Of a stretch of DNA of 64,000 bases, positions 1 through 7,550 are shown piece after piece. The stretch is from IMG/VR virus record IMGVR_UViG_3300047470_000115, positions 1 through 64,000 of that record, one strand, 5' to 3'. The notes beneath the pieces were generated by a model. It made no database searches. It was given only the letters and a program-made list of their open reading frames with translations, and was not told where the DNA came from. Made by a program: the position numbers and the translations under genes. How positions within the stretch are numbered: the first letter of the stretch is position 1; each line of letters opens with the position of its first letter. The stretch comes from a virus.

Positions 1-97
1 CGTTCCGCGCAGCCTGATACCCCCTCCGCTACCTCTAGGTAGCCAGTTGTATCGCAGGAAAGTCGTCCGGCCGACACTCCACCTGCGACGCGAGGGG

Positions 98-148
98 AAA
101 GAGCGAAGGCCCGACACCTAGCCTGCTGGTGTCGGGCCTTCGCTCTTT
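98..148. terminator. Intrinsic terminator hairpin, probably bidirectional
   Basis: 21-bp perfect inverted repeat AAAGAGCGAAGGCCCGACACC / GGTGTCGGGCCTTCGCTCTTT with a 9-nt loop, just past the stop of 156..584. Confidence 0.85.
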
Positions 149-155
149 TGTGAAG

Positions 156-584
156 TTACTCTCTGCCGGATGCTTTGATCGCCTTGTTGAGCTCCACGAG
201 TCGAGCGTCCCACCATCGCGAAAGACTTACACCTAGCGGTGGCGGTCCTGCTTTCACCCACTCGTCGCGGAGTTCCACAACGGGATCTTTCGCCCCTCCT
301 TTGCCCATGACATCCCTGAAGAGCGAGTTGAGCTCGGGGGCGGTGTCGGCGATGACTTCTTCGATGGACCGAGTCTCTGGTTCTCGAACCTTGTACTCGC
401 CAGCCTCGATCGCCTTCTTCATGCGGCGAAAGGCTGCACGCTTGTCTCGCGCACTTCCGAGATTGATGCCGAAATCATTCGCGAGAATGTTCGCCTCCTG
501 CAAGCTGACGAACTCTGTGATTTCGCCAGACTTGATCGCCTGTGCGATCTCTTCGAGTGATCGTGGCATCAGTACCTCCACCAA
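156..584 (-). CDS. Hypothetical phage protein
   Basis: 142-aa ORF in a tightly packed minus-strand run; C-terminal WVKAGPPPLG.S.SRWWDARLVEL resembles a motif I recall from Streptomyces phage proteins. Confidence 0.7.
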   Translation of the reverse strand: MVEVLMPRSLEEIAQAIKSGEITEFVSLQEANILANDFGINLGSARDKRAAFRRMKKAIEAGEYKVREPETRSIEEVIADTAPELNSLFRDVMGKGGAKDPVVELRDEWVKAGPPPLGVSLSRWWDARLVELNKAIKASGRE

Positions 585-1147
585 CGCAGGTGCCTCGGGT
601 TGATCGGGTTCATCTCTTGATCCTCTCGGTCCACTCGGTCACCCCAGCGCTCGATGGCGTCGGCAGCGAGTTCTCGCTCGATGTTCGTCATCTTCGTGGA
701 GATGTGCTTCCAGTTGCCGTAGAGCCAGACACTCCCCCATGCGTCGTCGTTGGCCTCGCCCAGCACGTCATGCTGGAAGGCGAGACCCTCCCCCGGGTTG
801 CGCATGGCCTCCAGTAGTATCCTGGCTGACCCGATGATCGGACTCTCGGTCTTCTGCGTCTCAGTGCCAGACGGACTGGCATCCGGTGTCATGAAGCGCC
901 CTGACTCGCCGATCGCGATAGCGACTCGCACGAGCGGGTCCTTCGCGTCGATCAGGCGTTGCAGGCCGATCAGGAGCTGGTCGACAGCCTCGGGCGCTTC
1001 GGGGTCGACCAGAAGGTCATCGACCATCTCGTACGCCATGAGACAGACGCGCCTCCCGACGTCACGAGGGAGGCCTTCCGGCATGTGGTCGTACTCCAGC
1101 CAGCGGAGCTTGTCCATGACCCACTTGGGGTAGTCAGCACTTGCCAC
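569..1147 (-). CDS. Two-domain hypothetical protein; N-terminal helical hairpin possibly Acb2/Tad1-hairpin-like
   Basis: GGAGAG RBS; LRWLEYDHMP...GLQRLIDAKDPLVRVA motif, then an AWGSVWLYGNW domain. Confidence 0.7.
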   Translation of the reverse strand: MASADYPKWVMDKLRWLEYDHMPEGLPRDVGRRVCLMAYEMVDDLLVDPEAPEAVDQLLIGLQRLIDAKDPLVRVAIAIGESGRFMTPDASPSGTETQKTESPIIGSARILLEAMRNPGEGLAFQHDVLGEANDDAWGSVWLYGNWKHISTKMTNIERELAADAIERWGDRVDREDQEMNPINPRHLRWWRY

Positions 1148-1149
1148 AA

Positions 1150-1461
1150 CTACTCTCCTCGGCTGCGAGCTAGACGTTCTTGCTGGAAGGCGTTCAGGAA
1201 AGCATCGACGTTCATCTCGTCAGGCATCCATGTGATGCCAAGCGCGAGGCGAAGTGCGATCTTGAGGCCCTTCATCTCAATGAGGTGACGATCGCGCATC
1301 TTCACGCCCATGCGCTTCGACACTGGCTTTTTGCCGTCGGATTCGAGTGTGTTGATGCGAATCCAGATCTCACTCGCGATGTCGTAGCAGATCTGGCTTT
1401 GAGATTTGTCCTTTCCTGCCTCCATGAATCGACTGATGGTCTCCATGCCGGGCTTACTCAC
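1150..1461 (-). CDS. Hypothetical protein
   Basis: 103-aa ORF packed against its neighbours. Confidence 0.7.
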   Translation of the reverse strand: MSKPGMETISRFMEAGKDKSQSQICYDIASEIWIRINTLESDGKKPVSKRMGVKMRDRHLIEMKGLKIALRLALGITWMPDEMNVDAFLNAFQQERLARSRGE

Positions 1462-1711
1462 TTTTGGCGTCCTTCTTCTTGGACTTGCGCGGATCGATGC
1501 CGTTCAGGTACTCGTCCAGGAAGTACTCGAAGGCGCGAACGAACGAGTCGAGATCCATTGTGGCCTCGACCTCAGCGTGGGTGAACTCGATATCACTCGG
1601 CCAGTTTGTCCAGCCTTCGCTTCGCAGTGTATCTTCCGCCGAGTCACGGACTGCGCTGGATACCTTGTCGATGAAGGTTTCACTGAACCCGCTTGACGCT
1701 TCACTGCTCAC
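1454..1711 (-). CDS. Hypothetical protein
   Basis: 85-aa ORF; GTGA overlap with the upstream gene. Confidence 0.7.
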   Translation of the reverse strand: MSSEASSGFSETFIDKVSSAVRDSAEDTLRSEGWTNWPSDIEFTHAEVEATMDLDSFVRAFEYFLDEYLNGIDPRKSKKKDAKSE

Positions 1712-1962
1712 GGCGCGTACCCCTCCCTGCGAGCTGCCTCATAGAACAGCTCGGCCATCTTGTCCCGGTCGTTCGGATCGTCGACCTGCTCCAGTGGGGA
1801 CGTGTAGAGAATCCAGTCCGGCTTGGGGCTGAGTGTGCCGTGCAGATCGCCGAACCACTTGTGCAGCTCTTCCGCCTCGTCGCTGGTCTTGCACGGCACC
1901 AGCAGGATGGGACCCTCGCTATCAGCTACGACAACAAGGGTCCCATCATACTCTTCGCTCAC
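1708..1962 (-). CDS. Hypothetical protein
   Basis: 84-aa acidic ORF, operon packing. Confidence 0.7.
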   Translation of the reverse strand: MSEEYDGTLVVVADSEGPILLVPCKTSDEAEELHKWFGDLHGTLSPKPDWILYTSPLEQVDDPNDRDKMAELFYEAARREGYAP

Positions 1963-1966
1963 TCTG

Positions 1967-2302
1967 TCACATCCTCACGATGGTCACGTTACTCCCCTGG
2001 GCGCGGACTATCGTTGCCAGCGCCTCGCAGAGTGCGACATCTGGCCTGTCGAACTCGGTGCCTACCGCGCATGTGATCACTGCGCGATCGTAGTCATGCA
2101 GGCCGAATGCGTTCTGTGTGTAGTATTCGACCTTGGCGTAAGCGTTGATCGACTGCTCTGGCCAGCGATCGTTGGCATCCTCTTCGAGGTAGCCAAACTC
2201 GACTGACCTCGCGCCACTACGCTTCAGTGCCTCGACCATCGCAACCACACCCTCGGTGTCCTCAAAGATTGCCAGGTTCAGATCCCAGTCGCTCGACGAC
2301 AT
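1967..2302 (-). CDS. Hypothetical protein
   Basis: 111-aa ORF with GGAGG RBS. Confidence 0.7.
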   Translation of the reverse strand: MSSSDWDLNLAIFEDTEGVVAMVEALKRSGARSVEFGYLEEDANDRWPEQSINAYAKVEYYTQNAFGLHDYDRAVITCAVGTEFDRPDVALCEALATIVRAQGSNVTIVRM

Positions 2303-2447
2303 GCTTTACCTCCATGATCTCGGGTACGCTGGTGTACTCGTGGCAGCTGCCGCAGTACCCGTACTTCACGTCGTTTGGGTTATGCGAGGTTTTCCTGCAT
2401 TCCGGGCAGGTGATGCTCGCAGGCGTACACTTCGAACTCTCGCTCAT
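2262..2447 (-). CDS. Small zinc-finger protein
   Basis: CPEC-x13-CGSCH pattern (ITCPECRKTSHNPNDVKYGYCGSCH). Confidence 0.65.
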   Translation of the reverse strand: MSESSKCTPASITCPECRKTSHNPNDVKYGYCGSCHEYTSVPEIMEVKHVVERLGSEPGNL

Positions 2448-2796
2448 CTACTGGACCTTCTAGCCTTTCTACCTCGTACTCGATATCGATTTCGCCCCAG
2501 TAGTCTTGCTCGGCCCTTGCACGGACGCGCCAGACTCCATACTTGATATCGAGCACTTCGTCAAGCCAGTAGCTCAGTCCGTAGTACTCGCCATCGACGG
2601 CGAGGTTGCACCTGAAGTAGACCTCGGTTGTCACCGACCCATCCCAGTTGGCACTGGTGTGAATCTCGTTCGGACAGTCGAGACTGTGCTTAACTACGGC
2701 CTGGTGACTCTCTTCATCGTTGCCATCTTCATCCTGCACGACGAATGGCACACCGACTTCCACGGTGTGCCATTCGTCGACGCTCAGAACCGTCAC
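2380..2796 (-). CDS. Hypothetical protein
   Basis: 138-aa ORF with phage-like codon usage. Confidence 0.65.
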   Translation of the reverse strand: MTVLSVDEWHTVEVGVPFVVQDEDGNDEESHQAVVKHSLDCPNEIHTSANWDGSVTTEVYFRCNLAVDGEYYGLSYWLDEVLDIKYGVWRVRARAEQDYWGEIDIEYEVERLEGPVDEREFEVYACEHHLPGMQENLA

Positions 2797-2814
2797 GCCC
2801 CTACCCCCCCTTGT

Positions 2815-3180
2815 TCAGTTGCTACTCAGCCAGTCTTCCATCGTCGGCGAATCCTTCTCGCGGAGGGACCCCTCGCGCAGGAAGATTCCCGCAAACAGTA
2901 GCACCACCGCTGTGGGTCCCCACTCCCACTCCCCCAGCCAGATCCAGGCGAGCACGCTCGCGAAGACGCACATGAACGCGGCAGAGGCGGCGTACTTGAG
3001 TGGACCTGCCGAAGTGCGCTTTCCGCCTACCTGCACCTCGTCGATGGTGTCCGGGAGCATCTCGCGCACTGGGATCATTTTGTACGACGGGTGCCCCTGC
3101 GAGCAGCTGAGAGGGTCGAGGCATGTCGGTACAGTGTTGTTGCACCGAGGGCATATCCAGGTGATTTCTTTCGGCATCAC
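2815..3180 (-). CDS. Membrane protein with N-terminal Cys-rich motif
   Basis: CPRC...CSQGH followed by two hydrophobic helices; GTGA overlap. Confidence 0.7.
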   Translation of the reverse strand: MMPKEITWICPRCNNTVPTCLDPLSCSQGHPSYKMIPVREMLPDTIDEVQVGGKRTSAGPLKYAASAAFMCVFASVLAWIWLGEWEWGPTAVVLLFAGIFLREGSLREKDSPTMEDWLSSN

Positions 3181-3638
3181 GCGACCCCCTTGAGGTCAGG
3201 ATTGTTGTTGATGCGCTGCATGTACTGCTCGCAGATGTAGTTCAGCACGGCATCGTCGATCTGACTCTTGCGCCGATTGCGACTCGCGCCAGGGTTGCCC
3301 TTCTGATACCGCTTGCGAGATCGGTCCCGCTCGGCCTTGAGGCACAGTGGGCCCTTGCAGCCTTCGTCGTACAGCTTCCGCCTGTTGTGGGTGCGATCAC
3401 GATACGTCTCGTCGGATAGTTCGAAAAGGATCTGACCGATGAGGACCGTGATACGTCCTTCCAGTTCTTCTGCAATGCTCTCATCCCCCGCCTTCGGGTC
3501 GTAACCCGAAGCTACCGCAGCACGAAAGACTGCCGCCCGGAACTCGGGCGAAGCCTTGATTTCGCTCAGGAACTCGTGAAGTTCCAGCATCCCTCTCCCC
3601 CTCGGAGATGCGTCACTGGTCATCTGACGCAAGGCCAT
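3177..3638 (-). CDS. Hypothetical protein with small Zn-binding, basic module
   Basis: HNRRKLYDEGCKGPLCLKAERDRSRKRY motif. Confidence 0.7.
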   Translation of the reverse strand: MALRQMTSDASPRGRGMLELHEFLSEIKASPEFRAAVFRAAVASGYDPKAGDESIAEELEGRITVLIGQILFELSDETYRDRTHNRRKLYDEGCKGPLCLKAERDRSRKRYQKGNPGASRNRRKSQIDDAVLNYICEQYMQRINNNPDLKGVA

Positions 3639-6264
3639 ACCTCACTGTCTTTCGACCAACCTGAGGCATCGTGGGCAAAGGCCACTGGATCTGCTTCAGG
3701 TCGCCGATCTCAACGAGATTCTTGATAGCCCTGACGAGAACTTCTCCATCGACTCGCGAGCGTCCGAGTGCGTCATGCAGCTCGCGATATGTAGGCGGCT
3801 TGCCGATCTTGAGCGTAAGCCTGCCAGCTTGGTGAAGAATCTTCTCGCGAAGTTCCGACGACTCCGTGGCCGTGAGCGATCGATCGAGGATGTTGTAGCT
3901 GTCCATCAGGTACGGATATACCTTCATGGCAGCCTCGACCGATTCAGTCGTGACCATGCTCTGACGTGAATTCAGCGCAAAGATCAGCATGAGCTTCTTT
4001 GCGATGAGGTCAGTGCGCTTGATGAGCTTGTTGTCGCCGTTCTTCTTCATGTTGGGATGTACGACGTCACCCAGCCAGTCACGACCGAGTGCTAGTGCCG
4101 CCTTATCCCAACCAATCTGCCTACCCTCGTTCTCGACTGCCCATTCGTGAATTGCCTTGAGGTAGGGTCCTGCAGCCTCGACGCTGGTGGGGTCACCACC
4201 AAGCATCTCTTCCTTGGCCATGATCTTCTCGGTCGCGGGTGCGAACACGAAGCGGTTCATGAAGCCGTTGTCTACATGCTCGCGCCCCACGAGGCGCTGG
4301 AGCATGCTAGGCTGTGTAGAGGTGAGCATGGTGACGAACGGGTCAGGTGCGACCTTGTCGCCGGTTGTGAACGAACTGGATTCGACCGGCGCGTACCCGT
4401 CAAAGAGGCCCTGGAGGATCGGAACGAAGTTAGAGGCTGGTCCCGACGACTTCGCCATGACAGTCGCCAGCTCGTCATACTCGACGAGGCCAGCAACTCT
4501 CTTGATCTCCAGGATACTACTTGGCTTGGCTGGGTCGCGCAGCTCGTCACGCAACTTGTCGATGAGCTTCTCGCCCGACGCTACACCCGAGATGAGTCGA
4601 GGTGCTGTGTTGAGCGGGTCGTTCGTCAGCCAAGGCATCGTTTCTCGGATGAGGCCGAGAATGAATGACTTGGCAACCGACTTACCGGCAGTGGTCTCGC
4701 CCAGTAGGCATACGTAGAGATTTGCGTACACCGGCTTAACTGTGTCTTGCAGGCCGAGGCGCTTTCCAACCGCGACACTTAGACCAGCTACACCGTTCCA
4801 GAAGTTCCATTCGTTCGGTGACGAGCTCGCGCGAAGAATGCGACAGTATGTTCCCAGGAAGGTGTCCTCCGCCACCATCAGTGGAACATCCAGAGGTGAG
4901 AACGCGAACTCGGAACTGCCTAGTTCTGCGTCATCCTCGTCGGGCGTCCTGACGCCGTAGTCTTCCAGCATGGCCTTGACGAGCCCGGGGTCAGTCGGGT
5001 CCATCCTGGGTGCAGGCTCGGAGACGAATAGCTTGCCGCCCATGCCGGGCATCAGGCCAATCCCTATGGTGGGAGCCTTCTTGGTGAGCGGCTTGAATCC
5101 AGGCGGGATGACTGCAGGCTGCTGTTCGGTGTCTTCGAGCATCTCCGCAGGAGGCGGAGCGATCGTACTGCCAAACAGTCCACCGAGGCCAGCCACCATC
5201 GGGGGCGGTGCGTCTTTTGAGGTCACGCCGTTTGGCGACCCCTCCGGACCGGCGACCTCCTGGGGTTCCGCTTCGGTTTTGGGTTGCCCGTTGTGCGTCG
5301 CAATCGGAGAGGCACCTGGAATCTGCGTAGGGATCGGCAGAGATGCAGGTGCCTCTTGCTGTGTGTCGTCGCCCTTGTTGTAGTACTTCCGCAGGCGAGT
5401 GTTGTAGTCATCGACCGACCCAAGATACATCTTGGTCAGTGGATCGAGGTTATCGGCAGGTTGACTCGGCTGTGGAATGACGGGCGGCTCAGTGGGGCGT
5501 TCGCGAGTCTCTTGTGGTGCCGTTACCGGCGCCCCCTGGTCGCCTTTCTGGTGATCTTCCTTTTCAGCCAGATATGCCTTCGCTGCCGGGCCGAGCAGGT
5601 GCGAGTCGACATCAACCCCGAGGTCGCGAGCCATGTCCAGTTTGAGCTGGCGAAAGCTTCCGTCAGTTTTGTACTGGAATAGGTTGTACCCGAGGCCGAC
5701 GGCTGCGAGGTCGTACTTGTCACCACCGCGCTGGCATCCGCCACAGTGCCAAAGGCCACCGTCACCCTTTGCGCTGTTGATCCACGCCGAGGGGTCGCTG
5801 TCCTCGTGTCCAGGGATAGGACACGAGATCATAATGCTTTCGACCTGGCCGTCGTAAACCTTCGGCTCCATCTTGCGAATCCACTTGCGGTAGGCGTCGA
5901 GGACGTCCACGCTAGAGATCGCATCATCGACGATGTGGTCGAGTTCGCTCTTCTCGTGACCCGAGTCCAGTTCGGCGCGCATTTCCTGCGCGTCAGCACT
6001 GACCTGGTTCTGAAGCCGCTTGTCGGTCGTAGTCTCCGGTCGACGCCCAAACAGTCCATTAAGTCCAGGAGCTTGCATCGGCGGAATGCGAGGCGGAGAC
6101 GGGCGGCGAACTCCGTTGGAGGCGGGTGCTGGCGGAGCCTGAGTTGAGTAGCCTACCAGTTCATCGAGCTGGCTGTCACGCTTCTCCTCCTGCCTAGCCT
6201 TAACGCGAGCCAGAAAAAAGTCATTATTGATTCCGGGCTCGTCCGTCACTTTCCACCTCCCCAC
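3613..6264 (-). CDS. Primase-associated helicase: CHC2-type Zn finger, Pro-rich linker, DUF3987-like P-loop helicase, C-terminal wHTH
   Basis: CPIPGHEDSDPS...WHCGGCQRGGD Zn finger; Walker A LLGETTAGKS; Walker B VEYDEL; GFMNRF arginine finger. Confidence 0.85.
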   Translation of the reverse strand: MGRWKVTDEPGINNDFFLARVKARQEEKRDSQLDELVGYSTQAPPAPASNGVRRPSPPRIPPMQAPGLNGLFGRRPETTTDKRLQNQVSADAQEMRAELDSGHEKSELDHIVDDAISSVDVLDAYRKWIRKMEPKVYDGQVESIMISCPIPGHEDSDPSAWINSAKGDGGLWHCGGCQRGGDKYDLAAVGLGYNLFQYKTDGSFRQLKLDMARDLGVDVDSHLLGPAAKAYLAEKEDHQKGDQGAPVTAPQETRERPTEPPVIPQPSQPADNLDPLTKMYLGSVDDYNTRLRKYYNKGDDTQQEAPASLPIPTQIPGASPIATHNGQPKTEAEPQEVAGPEGSPNGVTSKDAPPPMVAGLGGLFGSTIAPPPAEMLEDTEQQPAVIPPGFKPLTKKAPTIGIGLMPGMGGKLFVSEPAPRMDPTDPGLVKAMLEDYGVRTPDEDDAELGSSEFAFSPLDVPLMVAEDTFLGTYCRILRASSSPNEWNFWNGVAGLSVAVGKRLGLQDTVKPVYANLYVCLLGETTAGKSVAKSFILGLIRETMPWLTNDPLNTAPRLISGVASGEKLIDKLRDELRDPAKPSSILEIKRVAGLVEYDELATVMAKSSGPASNFVPILQGLFDGYAPVESSSFTTGDKVAPDPFVTMLTSTQPSMLQRLVGREHVDNGFMNRFVFAPATEKIMAKEEMLGGDPTSVEAAGPYLKAIHEWAVENEGRQIGWDKAALALGRDWLGDVVHPNMKKNGDNKLIKRTDLIAKKLMLIFALNSRQSMVTTESVEAAMKVYPYLMDSYNILDRSLTATESSELREKILHQAGRLTLKIGKPPTYRELHDALGRSRVDGEVLVRAIKNLVEIGDLKQIQWPLPTMPQVGRKTVRYGLASDDQ

Positions 6265-7091
6265 GGGTCTAGAGTCTTGAGGGCTACAGCGGGATCTAGT
6301 GGCTTCAGTTCCGCCATGGGGTGACGGCAGTCCACAAAGAACGTTGGATCTGTGGTCTTCTGATTGCGACCGAGTGGAAGGCGCATGAGGTTCCCGAGCC
6401 CCTTATTTTTGTTGTCCACTCGTTCTTGCTTGGGGAAGACCTCGATTGTGAAGTTCGGATACCCGAGTACGGGGTCCTGGTTCACATGCCTGAAGAAGTT
6501 CCTACCGTTGGTTGGCTCAAAGCATCCGAGGCTGTCAAGAACGATATCGATACCCTCCCTAGCCTGCTCTCCGGTGATGGGTCCTGCAAGCGCATAGACG
6601 TGCATGCCCTTGCTTCCGGAATAAGCGATAAGCGTGGGGAGTCCGAGTTCCCTCTTGATCGCCTGTCCAAGCATCTCGGATAGCATCCGAAATTGATACT
6701 TCAGCCAGGATCTCGGGAATTGAGGCTGTCGAGACGTCCAGTACTGAAGCGGACTGAATGCGACCGCATCATGGTTGCCCTCGACGTGTGGACTAGTCGG
6801 CCAGAACCCCTCCTTGTTGAGATCGATGTCAAATGCGAAGACTCGGCACACATTGGCCGAGTCCATCAGGTAATGCCCGTATGTAACTTTTTTATCGAGG
6901 TGATCACGGATATCTTGCACCGTGAACTCTCGATGTCTTATCGGGTGATAACCTCCAGGCTTATGGGGCTTCATTTGATACTTCGGGTCACGGTCCGGAT
7001 CGATCTCGTGGACCTGCATGCACTGGAAAGCTTTGACATCTCTACGCTGTACAAAGTAGCGCATGAGAAGCTCAGCGACCTCATCATTCAC
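6246..7091 (-). CDS. AEP-superfamily primase-polymerase
   Basis: AEP motifs FAFDIDL, AYSGSKGMHVY and EVFPKQ...GNLMRLPLG. GTG at 7091 with an AGGGG RBS is preferred over the longest-ORF start at 7178. Confidence 0.88.
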   Translation of the reverse strand: MNDEVAELLMRYFVQRRDVKAFQCMQVHEIDPDRDPKYQMKPHKPGGYHPIRHREFTVQDIRDHLDKKVTYGHYLMDSANVCRVFAFDIDLNKEGFWPTSPHVEGNHDAVAFSPLQYWTSRQPQFPRSWLKYQFRMLSEMLGQAIKRELGLPTLIAYSGSKGMHVYALAGPITGEQAREGIDIVLDSLGCFEPTNGRNFFRHVNQDPVLGYPNFTIEVFPKQERVDNKNKGLGNLMRLPLGRNQKTTDPTFFVDCRHPMAELKPLDPAVALKTLDPWGGGK

Positions 7092-7198
7092 TGAGACCCC
7101 TACTTGTGGTCGCCCTATCGACTCTTGCGTAAGTCGTTGGGCTAAGATATGCGGTAAGCTGTGCGATAATGTCGGCACAGCGCCGGGGTTTGATCACT

Positions 7199-7228
7199 AT
7201 CCTAGCCCTAGGGGGGGGAGTTTTACAA
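7199..7228 (-). promoter_or_regulatory. Sigma70/HrdB-type promoter for the primase operon
   Basis: TTGTAA-N18-TAGGAT on the minus strand. Confidence 0.55.
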
Positions 7229-7237
7229 CGTTCCTCC

Positions 7238-7267
7238 TTGACCGCGTGTCGCGATCCCGGTTATCAT
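7238..7267 (+). promoter_or_regulatory. Sigma70/HrdB-type promoter, divergent from the primase promoter
   Basis: TTGACC-N18-TATCAT. Confidence 0.7.
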
Positions 7268-7271
7268 CGGC

Positions 7272-7415
7272 ATGAGATATGCGGTGCTTGGTCTGGATTC
7301 CGACGAAGTCTTGCGATCGGCCCTCGGGTCGTTTCTTCGCGGATCAGTTACCCGTTCCGAGTGCTACCTGCTGAAGGCCCCCGTTGAGTTCCGAATCTCG
7401 ACGGGGGCCTTTTCC
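7272..7415 (+). ncRNA. Candidate small RNA (~140 nt), putative antisense regulator of primase mRNA
   Basis: Lies between a good promoter and an intrinsic terminator; folds into an irregular rod; 5' end repeats 7145-7155. Confidence 0.5.
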
Positions 7416-7420
7416 TCTTT
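7374..7420 (+). terminator. Rho-independent terminator
   Basis: AAGGCCCCCGTTGAG / CTCGACGGGGGCCTT stem (one U-G pair, favouring the + strand) followed by a T-rich tail. Confidence 0.85.
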
Positions 7421-7550
7421 ATTGCTCACGCTCCACTCCCCCGGCGTCGAATCGTGGTCCGCAGTAGGACTACGAAGTTAACGTCCGAAATGGCCCGTGG
7501 CCAGCGTTACAACCCGCGTAGCGCATCGGATGCACTGTTGGGGCGGTTTG

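Noticed and set aside
7272-7481. 69-aa leaderless ORF at the sRNA locus
   Set aside because: It runs through a strong intrinsic terminator and has poor codon bias; disfavoured but not excluded
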